From Candidatus Micrarchaeia archaeon (lineage in GTDB: Archaea > Micrarchaeota > Micrarchaeia > CAILAH01), in the NCBI GenBank assembly GCA_038874595.1, contig JAVZCB010000002.1, positions 96,001-160,000 of the forward strand: DNA of 64,000 nt. The letters run 5' to 3'. This document shows positions 1 to 12,000 of the stretch, in pieces. A model generated the notes under the pieces. The model was not told the origin of the DNA. It searched no databases and saw nothing but the letters and a program-made list of their open reading frames with translations. Numbering within the stretch: the stretch's first letter is position 1; the number at the start of each line of letters is the position of its first letter. A program made the position numbers and the translations under genes.

Positions 1-3000
1 ATATGAGCTTACATTAACCAACCTGTTATTAGTACCACCAATTAAAAGATATCCGGAATATGAGTTATTGTATGACTTGCCGCCGGTTACATTATTATAT
101 ACGGCCCCATTCAGGATAAAACCATACTCACCGTTAAGGTAGGCGGTATTATTATTTAGAGCATTATAACTGCTCTCAAAAACATCAAATCCATTCTTGG
201 TGTTTGAATACATCGTGTTGTTTATGATGTTTGATCTGGTTGACATATAAACAAGTACCCCATCAGGATTGTTGTTGTAGCCAATGTTATTTCTCATTGT
301 ATTGTTATCAGACTGATAAATTACATAACCTGCGTATGCACCGCTACCACAGTTATATACCGTATTATTCTCAAAGATGCTATGGTTTGATGAGTTCGTT
401 GCAATACCAAACGCAGAGTTGTTTATTACATTCCTGTATGCAACGCTGAGATTTCCAAGCTCATAGACTATTCCACCGCCGAACACCGCAAATGAAATCC
501 TGTTGCTTGAAACATTGATACGGCTGCTGTTGTATACATTGGTTGCGTGAGAATAGCTCAAGGACATGTTGTTTTCAGAAATGTTTGAGGTGGCTGAATT
601 CCTGAGCCGTATATGCTCATAATTCATCCTGAAAACGTTCTCCACCACTGTTATATTTGAAACAAATTCTGCAAGAATGCTTTTTCCATTGTTTGTTGTA
701 TGGTTCTCAAATATGTTGTTTTTAATGAGATTGTTACCGCTTTCTACCATGTGTATGCCGTAATATGAATTGTTTGCAATTTTATTGGAACCAATGAAGT
801 TATTCTGTGAATTGCTCTGGAAAAGCATCCCCTCCTGGTTTAAGCGCACTGTGTTGTTTGTGATAATCGTAGATTCTGTTCCGTATATGAGCATGCCTGC
901 ATTTGAATTTTGCGTCACGTTATTCAGTATAATAGATGAATTCCCACAGTAGGATAATGTAATACCGTATGAGTTGTTATATACGCTGTTCCCGTATATC
1001 GTCTGATTCCTTGATGGGTAGAAGTAGAGGCCGTGGCCCTGGTTCCTGTACACCTTATTAAGCATTAATGTGTTGTTGCTTGAGGCAGTCAAAACACCGT
1101 CCCCATAATTGTGGTGGATTGAGTTGTTGTATATATAAGAGTATGGAGACCTGTCACCTATAAGTATCCCAAATTGCGAATTGTTGTATATGTCGTTTCC
1201 ACTCAAGTTTGTATACATAACAGATAGTACAAGGTTGTATGAGTGGATTATCATCCCTCCCTGGCCGTTAAACGAAACATTATTCTGTAGTATTTTGCTG
1301 TTGTGGCTATCCCTTATAATACTAATGCCTGCCGCTGTGTTCCTGGTAAATGTGCTATTCCTGATTACGTTATCTGTACTACCATCCCTAAGAACAATAC
1401 CATTTTGCGAGTTAAATGACGCTATGCTGCTATTTATAATATTCTGGACACTGCCTATAAGGTAGAACCCATCGTATGAATTGTTGGATGAATTATATAA
1501 CGTAAAGTTATTGTTGTTTGAGTATTCAATGCGCACGCCATATGAATTATTAGATGATTTACCTCTTATTATCTTGTTAGAGTTGCTCGCGTAAATATAG
1601 AAGCCATAAAGATTTGAATATGCGGTATTGTTTGTGAAATTATTATATTGTGAAGATATATATGCCCCTAATCCTGCAGCTGAGTTGTTGTAGAGAGTAT
1701 TATTCTCAACGTTATTGTAATTTGACATATAAGCTAGTAATATTCCAAACTGAGAGTTGTTGAATACTGTATTGTTATGTATGAAATTCCCAGATGCCAA
1801 GTAAGTCGTAACACCATGAGTGTAATTTTGCACCTTACAATTTCTCACCGTAACATTCTGCCGGTTTGCATCCACAAGCACACCTATTGAACCATCTATT
1901 GAATTTGTACCGTTATTCCTAACAGAATACCCCATACAATCAAACACAACGTTTGATGAGTTAATCTCAACACAGACCGCAATCTGTTTGTTAATGTCTG
2001 ATAGGTATACTGTATAAGGCGCCCCTGTGATGTTGTTATAAAGAACATAAGAGCCACTGCTGCTTATCTTAAAGCACTCACTATCGTTTCTCTGCAAAAT
2101 ACCGTACTCACTTAATGGAACCACATCCCTTAAGGATAGGAAATTTGACACTGTGTCTGGTGTGTTATTCAGCAAAACCCAGCCGTGGGTTGTATTATAT
2201 TTCCAAAGCTCAAGCTTCTGCTCCTTATAACCAACTGTCTCTGAATCAGCCCAGTGCCATTTTATGCTATCAATGGAAGGTGTCCCTTCAATGGGGGATA
2301 TCCTCAAATATTTGCCCCTGAAGGAAGACCTTTGTGTCGGCAAAGATGCTGGCTGTGACGTCCAATTAATTACGTAAGATGTGCCTGCATCTATAACATC
2401 ACTAAGGTATATTCGTGTATAGTTCACATAATTGCCGAGCGGGTTGTCTATTGATGTGTTGGTAATGTTTATTACAAACCCTGAAAATGTGCTATTAATG
2501 AAAATATCATAGCTGTTGTTGTATATGTGCTCATTTGAAACTATGGAGTTATTCTGATTCTCAAACACATACCCAACTATTGAGCTTGAATGTAACGTAT
2601 TATTGGCCAGGCTTGTGTTAACTGACCCGCTAATAGATGCTCCAACAGGATTTAGGTATATTGAGTTGTTTGCAGCATCGTTGTTGTTTGCCCTCAAAAA
2701 TAACATGCCTGCCATCCTATTGGCGTATAACCTATTGCCAAAGATGTTTGTATTGTTTACCCTGTCAAGGGATATTGCAACATAAGCATTTGTAATGTTA
2801 TTGAGCCAAATCGTGTTATTGAGGCTGCGTGTCAGGTCTATACCATTCACAGCCGTTCCTGAAATATTGTTTGCAATTATCGTTATGTTGTATGCATAAT
2901 AATTAACTTCTATCCCATGATAATTGCAGTTGTAGATTTGGTTATGTAATAAGAGATTGCCATTGCTGTTATACATGAATGCCACACAATCATAAGTTGA

Positions 3001-6000
3001 GTTATATATTGAGTTGTAAGAAATGTTATTGTAGTTAGACTCATTCACAAAGACTAAAAACGAGCTATTATAAAGAGAGCTATTTACAAGCGTGTTATTA
3101 TTTGACCTGATTAAAGCAAAGCTTACATTTACGTTGTGCCTTGCAGTATTATTCGCGAACTTGTTATTTGAGCTCCTATAAATAAAGAACCCGAACTGCC
3201 TGTTGCGCTCTGCGGTGTTGTTTACTAAAGTATTGTTATTGCTGCCTATCTGTATTGTGCTCTCATAATATACATTAAAGCCACCAATAGAATTGTTATA
3301 GGCTAGATTATTACTCACGCTGTTGTTCTGAGAAGACCCTATTGCAAACCCATACTGTGTGTTATTGTATGCTATGTTTGATGTGATGTTGTTGTATGAG
3401 CTCCAAGTGAAATCAAAACCATCTTTTGAGTTAGTATAAACTGTGTTGTTATGGATAGTATTATTCCTACCCTTATAAAACACACAACCCTCTTTTTTGT
3501 TGAGGTATATAACATTCTTTATAATACGGCTGTCATTAAGATTGCTCGAGTAGAAACCATCCTCAAAGTTGTCAAAGAATATGTTGCTATTAATCTCAAC
3601 ATTTCTTGAATCCAGAACTCTGGCACCGTATCCAAAATTCTGGCTGAAGGTGTTGTTTACTATTTTTGAGGATGTCACTTGCGATACATAAATCCCATCA
3701 TTGTTATTCTGCCCGCTGTTGTTTGTTATAATTATGCCATCTGCATTGTTAACGAAAATACCACCATATATTTGAGTGTTATAAACTTGGTTTTTAGTTA
3801 TGTTTATGCTGTTTGCCTCACTATATATACCTATTCCTGCATAAGACCAGTCAACCGTATTGTTTAAGATATTGCTGCTATTGACCCTGTAAACAAGAAT
3901 GCCGGCACCATCTGTAGAATAATTAATTGTATTGTTAGATATTAGAACATCTCTTGCCGTGCTTACAAATATTGAATGTGATTCCGAATTGTTTAACACA
4001 AGGCCTGAGAGGGTTATGTTCCTTCCAATATATACATATGCATTGAACTGAGAATCTTCTAATGTGGAATTTAACAGCTTAGTCAAATTTGAGTTGTAAG
4101 ATACATAGTTATAATCATAACCATCTACCTTACAGTTTGATACTGTAACATTCGTTACGGAGCCGTTTATAAGCATGCCGAACGAATCCTGCACACCGCT
4201 GTTTTTGATTGAATACCCTTCACAATCAAATATCACGTTTGATGCAGTAATCTTCACACATGCATAACCGCTGAATGGGTCTGCTGCGTTTGGAGCACCA
4301 GTATAATTTGAGTCCATCAGATACGCACCGCTCTCATTTATTATGGGGCAGTTTACGCTCTCAAGTATAGTATAATTGGAAAGCGGGATATGATTACTGA
4401 GAGAGAGTGTATTCTGCTGTATGTTGGGGGTGCTATTTAGCAGGTGCCAACCGGTTGAATTGCGCTTCCAAAGCTGCAGGCGGCCCTCATCATAGCCGGA
4501 TACTTCACTATCTTTCCATTGCCAGGAAATGCTATCTATAGATGGCGTTCCTGAAGCAATTTTAATATCAATAACCTTGTTCCTGAAAACCCTCTTCATC
4601 TTAGGTAGGGTTATTCCATTGAGAGAGCTCCAGTTTATGTAGTAAGATGCGCCTGCATCATAATTGTCAGTGAGGTTTAGTGTTGTGTAATTTACAAAAT
4701 TGCCGAGGGGGTTATCAATAGTAAGGTTATTTATGCGAATGTAGCTGCCTGAAGAGATGCTGCCAACATAGAAATCATATGAATTGTTGAAAAGATGGGT
4801 ATCGTTTGCTGTTAGTGCTGCTGGTGATTGCAGGAATAGCCCATAGCCAGAACCTGATATTTCATTATTCTTCATTGTTGAAGAGCTACCAGCAGTGAAA
4901 ATGCCATACAAGCAGTTATATACTGTGTTTCCCCTTACCTTATTGTTAAGGCCCCCTTCTATTATGCAATATTCGCTGTTTCCATAAACTGTGTTGTAAT
5001 CAATGAAGATATCTGAACAGGATGCACTCTCGAGGTGAATACCCCTCTTAAATTGTGTTATGATATTCCTTGTGATGTTAAAGCTCTCCCCACCCGTTTT
5101 CATATAGATGCCAACACCGTTTCCTCCTGGTCCAATCAACGTGTTGTTGAAATATTTGTTGTTTGTCCCACCCTCTGAATAAATGCCATGGTACTGCGAT
5201 TTTATTGTCGTGTTAATCACACTATTGTAATCGTTGTTGGTGCCTGCCAAATATATTGAATAATAGGCCTGTGTTATGTTTGAGCTGTTTATTATATTGT
5301 TATCTGCGTTGTAAATCAGGATACCTATCAAATCCGCATAAGAAGTGTAATTCTGCAAAATGTTATTACGCGAATTGAAAGCAATTGCTACTCCTGAAGA
5401 AATTTCACTACCTATATTTGTAGAAGTATATGAATCTGTAATATTATTGTAGTTAGAGTCGTTTATGGCAAAGCCAAACTGCGTGTTCTGATACGCACGC
5501 GAGTTCCGTATTAGAGTCCTATTTGACTTATGAAGCAGAATTCCATTCAATGTGTTGTAATATGCGCTAACGTTTGAAAGCAGATTGTTGTTTGATATCT
5601 CTAAATATATGCCGTCATTATTGTTGTGTGCAATTGAGTTTGTAATTAAGTTGCGCTGCCCGCCAATAATCCTAAATCCTGCAAGCGAATTATACCGAGC
5701 TGTTGAGAGATTTAATGATACATTTACATTATTGCCCAAATGTATGCCCACAAGATTTCTTTCTGCCGTAACGTTGCTAATAGATGAATTAAAGGAGGAA
5801 TGTATTATTATCCCGTAGTTAGTATTGTTTGCAAGCAAGCTGTTCCTGAACGTGTTGTTCTCTGAGTATCCTACATAGATGCCTGTGTTTGTGTTGTTAT
5901 GTATAGTGTTATACTGCGCAATAGAGTCGTTTCCATTATTTATTGAAAGCCCGATGGAATTCTTTCTGAGGATGTTCCCTGATATATAGTTGTTGTTTGC

Positions 6001-9000
6001 ATTCTGTATATAAATGCCGTTCTCGCTGTTGTAAACAACATTGTTTGTAAAGTTGTTGTAGCCAGAGAAGGTTGCTATGCCTCCATAAGGTGTACAGCTA
6101 TAAACGGTATTATTATCTATCAGGTTGTAAGGTGATGATGTGTATGGTACTATGCCTGCCGCGGCATTGTATACTTTGTTCCCCCTTATGATGTTGCGGT
6201 TCGAAACATCTATGAGAATACCAACACCGCCTGAATTGCTAACAGTATTGTTTTCAACAAGATTTCCATAAGATTCAAGGTACAGCTGAATACCGTGCTC
6301 CTCGCTTGAGTCTACAGTGTTGTTAATCAGCTTGCTGTCAAAGACACCCTGTAAGAATATGCCGTTTTTATATCCGGTTATTGAACAGTTCTTAACAGTT
6401 ACATTATCCCTGTATACAGACAACACACCTATAGCATTGCTCACACCATTATTGGATATAGAATAGCCGTTGCAATCAAATTCAACATTTGAAGTGTTAA
6501 CAAAAATGCATACATTCTTGTTTACATAGGGTAGCCCTGTGTTTGGCGCACCGTATATATCATTGCGTATAGTATATCTTCCTGGCTGGTTTATTACCAT
6601 ACATATTGATGTTGTATTCTCCAAAATCCCGTATATGCTGGCTGGATTATGATTGAATAAAGAGAGCGTATTAAAGTTCACATCGGGACTTTGGTTTACC
6701 TGCGACCACACCCCGCTGCTATATTTGAACAAGCTAAACCTGTTTTCATTATAACCGCTCGTTTCCTGGTCATCCCAATGCCATACTATCTTATCTATTG
6801 AAGGGGTCCCTGAAACCGTAGATATGTCTACAAATTTCCTTCTAAATGAAACTGCATCGGTAGGCAATGCACTCGAGTTTGTTGTCCATTTTATGTAATA
6901 TTGCTCAGAGGACGGGACAACATCGTTTAGAGATAATATAGTATAATTTTGCTTTATGCCGGCAGGGCTATCTATCATCACGTTTGAAAGATTGTATGTA
7001 AGAGGGCCATTTAAAACGCGAATATCATTAGTGTTGTTGTAATAATGATCCCTGTCTACAAAAACATTTGTCGCGTTATTTATCCATAATGAGTAATATT
7101 GGTTTGTGCCTATCGTATTGTTGTAGAGAGATATGGTATTTGCCTTTGTGTTAAGATAAATACCCACATAGTTCTGCCGGCCGGTATTGTTTGCCAGTGT
7201 TGTGTTGTATGCGCTCTGGTAAATCTCATAAGCATAGTATGAGCATTTGCTTGCATTGTTGAATGCAACTATGTTGTGGCTTGAACTGTACCCTATAGCA
7301 TAGCCGTCGCGCGTAAAGTTATATGCGCGGTTCCTGAATATCTTGTTATAATTGGACGACCCTACAACAACGTAGCCATATCTGCCATTGTAGATATTGT
7401 TAAGTGAAATGTTATTGTAATGGGAAGCTGTTAAATAGACAGTATAACCATAGTTGGTATTTGTATAATTATAGAGCGTATTGTTGATAACTTTGTTATA
7501 TGAGGAGCTTGCCAATGAGATGCCATAAACATTACCACTATGCACCGTGTTATCCTGTATTGTTGTGTTCTGTGAGCTGCCTAAAGCAATCCCGTTATTT
7601 GTGGTGTAATATATCCTGTTTGACGTGATTGTGTTGTTATGGCTTGTATCTATGTATACTCCATAACGGCCAACACGATAAATGGTGTTATTATGTATGA
7701 GGTTTTTGTTTGAGGTTAAGGATACATAAACGCCATCCTGTGCTGATTGGTAAATTATGTTGCGTGTGAGATTATTGCTGGGAGATAAATACCTCACTGC
7801 CAGCCCACCTAATGTATTATTATAGAGGGTATTGTTTGTCAGAAGGTTATTCTGGGAATTATAAAATATGATTGCACCATATTGTGAGTTGTTGTAGATT
7901 GTATTTTTGTATATCTTGTTATTCTGTGCATTATACGTTGCAATTCCTTGCGTATAGTTAAGTACTTTGCAGTTCCTTATCGTAACATTTGACCGTGTGG
8001 AATCTACAAGTATACCAACAGCACCATTCGGTCCGAGCGTGCCATCATTTTTCACTGCGTACCCCATACAATCAAGAATAACGTTTGATGCATTAACATC
8101 TATACACGCTCTGACCTGCATCCCGACTTCTGGCAGAGAAACGAGTACTGGCGCACCAGTAACATTGTTGAATAAGATATACGTGCCAGATGAAGATATT
8201 ACTCCACAAGATGAGCCTGTGAAACTGAATAAGCCATAAACCGCTGGGAAGTTAACATTTGACAGACGTATTTGGTTGTTTGCAGTGTCCGGAGTGTTAT
8301 TGAACAAAACCCAACTGCCACTTGTATAGTTGTACCCCCATAACTCGAACGTGCCCTCATCATACCCCGGCAGCTCACTATCACTCCACGTGAATACAAC
8401 ATTGTCTATGCTTGTTGTTGTGCTGTTTATCAAGACATATTTATCTTTGAAAGAGACCCTGCCGGCTGGAGGGGACGCCGGTGCAGATGACCATTTCATA
8501 TAATACGGGATAGAGGAGGTATCTGTGAAGGACAAATTAGTGAATTTGCTTAAACCGTTTGTGGGCGAATCAAATGTTATGCCTGCGGCGGTTATTGAAG
8601 ATGAAGTATCAGGATAAAATACAAAATCAGTACTGCTCCCATTGTATATTCTCATATTTGATAAAGTAACCTGCGAAGATGTAATGTATAAGTTATGCTG
8701 GCTTGAGTGGTAAGTTGAATTTGAAATCTGGATATTATCGTCTTTTATAACCCTTAGCCCATACGCTCCAAAAGAAGCTGTGTTGTTCTTGATTATGTTA
8801 TATGATGTAAAGTGCGCAAAGTTTTGTGATATGATGTTTGCACTTGATGAGTTATAAACCGTGTTGTTTACTACTGTTATATTATAGGTGTTGTGAAGGA
8901 GGTTTATACCAACCCAGTTATTGTGTACTTTGTTATTTGTAATAATCGAATTTGATGCATTATACACTGTTATCCCATACATGTATTTAGATACGTTACA

Positions 9001-12000
9001 GTTCTTTACGGTTACATTTGACCGCCGTGTATCAACAAATATGCCCCCTGTGGTGCCACCAACATCTGTGTTTCTTATGAAATGGCCATCACAATCAAAA
9101 ACAACGTTTGATGCGTTTATCTCCACACACACCTTGGCGTCCATACCTAAATCGGCCAGATGTACATCAATTGGTGCACCTTCAAGGTTATTCTTTATTT
9201 TGTAGTTGCCGCTCTCGTTTATTATTATACAGGAATAAATGTCTGATGAGGTGGTATAACCACTGAACGAGGTTACATTAAACAAGACGTAATCCCCTGT
9301 GCAGGAGAGCAGCCTGCAGTTTGGGCACAAAAGGCCATATGTCAAAATCTCATTTCGTGATGTCGGGAACCCCGGCTTTTTGTATATTTTGAGCTTATTG
9401 CATGATGATGTGTTAAGTGTTATATTGGCAGGGATGTTTGTAAGTGTCGGCGCGTTTAAAGACACAAAATCTGGGGCTGCACGATAGTTAGTGGTATTTA
9501 CATCTGTGTACTGGATGTAAAAATCACCCATCTTTATCTTTCCAATCGATGAGTTATACCCCATCACCAACCCAACAAAACGTGGATTCTTCAGATAATT
9601 TACGGACCGGTTAACGAATAATGGAGATGAGGTGTTGTAAATTTGGATGTTATTGAACACAATCGCATAATCTCCTGTACCAACAAGGTAGTTTATGGCA
9701 TATAATCCATAGTTTGTTGTATTTTGTATATATGCGTTTTCTATTTTTGCAAATGTCACATTGTTAAGATATAACCCATAGCCACCACAGTTAGAGAACG
9801 AGTTGTTAAGGAATTTGTTAACCCCTTCGTACATAAATTCCCTGATGATCATACAGCTGCTCCCACACCTGTTAATTGAGTTGTTTGCAATTAATATCTC
9901 CTTTCCATACGAGACATCTGCTCCATCAATTACATCTACAAGCTGATTATTCGTAATATTAGAATAAGCAATCTCGGATAAAACAATTCCGTTTGAGTTT
10001 GATGAGAAAGTATTATTATTAAATTTAAAAAAACTTAGGGTTGTACCTGTAAGTTTTCTTGTGTTCGTAAAAGTATTATTTTCGAATTTAGATATCAAAA
10101 CGTTTGATACTACGCTCTGGCCAGCATCTACAAAACGGTTATCATAAACATCAATAGAGATTAGATTCTTTATATGTAATGCGCCTTCCATCCCCTTTAT
10201 AGTGTTGTTATAAATTTCAGTGTAAGCTAAATTCATTTCATCAGAATATGCTGTAATGCCCCATGCACAACCTCCGCATTTTCCATCTATGTGGTTATTG
10301 AATATCTGAAGAGAGTTTGGGTTCGCAACGCTTTTTAGGTAATAAATAAATATTCCACCAAGGTCTGAAATCAAAAGTGATCCTCCAAATGGGCCCTCAA
10401 TGGTATTATTATATATCGAAGATGAATGTATTGAATTTGCTAAAATAGTAATTCCTCCATTTGTATCTTTAATCGTATTGTTATATACCTTGGCATTTTG
10501 CATATCAATCATAACTATAGCTGTAGGTACTCCAAATTCTTGAGTATCTATAAACTGCTCAAAATAATTTCCACTGATATTCAAACCATCTTTTGATGAG
10601 GCAAAATAAATACTTATGGCATTTTTATAAAACGTGTTATATACAAACGTGATGTTTTCAGCAACTCCGGTTATAAAAAAACCAACACCTGTATTTGTTA
10701 CGTTATTTTTAGCGATTGTCACATTCTTTAAGGTCGTGACACAAGAAAAACAGGACTTTAGTAAATAACAGGTGTTGTTATAAAATGAGATATTCTCTAT
10801 GAGCTTATTTGATATATCCATATCTTTCAGTAAGTATGTACCGTCTTTTGCAATGTTGTTAGATATATTTGAATTAATCATATTTCGCACATAGATATAT
10901 CCCTTGTTATCCTGAATCTCACAGCCACTTGAATTCATAAAACGGTTCCCAATTATACGACTTTCACTAATATTTAATGCGATAATACCACTGCAGAATT
11001 CAGATTTACCTATATTTTGCACATTATTGCGGTTGATTGATACATTATACAAGTTTGAATAATACGAGAAAACAACAGAGGTTATTGTTTGAGGGAGGCG
11101 AGATGTGTTAACTAAATCAAGCGTATTCCCTGATATCTCGGAATTTGCAAGGATTTCAACTAGATAATTAACATAAACACCTATTGACGTGTTGAATATC
11201 TTATTATTTGATATGTTTATGTCCCAGAGGGTTTTCTTAAAGCTAGGGGATAATGTTCCTTCAGAAAGAGATACGCCAAAAGTACAGCTGGAAATGTTGT
11301 TTGATGATATCTCAATGTTGCTTGCTTTTGATATTTCTACAAATGATTGATAAAGCGGATCGTTTGCCGGCTGGTTTGGAGGGGGGTTTATCTTGTTATG
11401 GCGGATTATATCCTTTGTTGAATCCTGTTTATTTTCAAAAATAATTGCAGGAACGTTTTCACTAAGTAATCTCCTATTGAATTTATTATACTGAATTGAG
11501 TTCCCGCCATAATAATTCTGTATATATATCTCTAAAACTAAACTATAAAATGAGTTATTGAAGATTGTTGCGTTGCTCTCGTTTAACCATATACCGGTAA
11601 TGATGCCGTTAATGCGGTTTGAGGCAACACTTATATTTCTTGATTTTATTACATGTAAGGCCAGAATATCAACAGTTGAAAAATTAAAGACGCTGTTTGC
11701 TATAATTGATGAGTTTGTATTAACAAATTTAACACTTTCATTATTGGTCTTAAAACCAAATTGTGTGGAATTTACTATTATATATTTTGAACCCTCAGTG
11801 TATATACCTGCATTTGTGTGGCCTTCAATCAGCCCTTTTTGAATGGTTGTGTACTCAGAATTTACACTACATACTCCTCTATAGCCATAGTATGTTTGTA
11901 TAGGGATACCTCCTGTATAAACAGTGAAGTTGCTCCTATCAATAAATGAGCCCGTGCTTGAGATGATGTTTACACCACAATACTCATTTGCGAGCAATTT

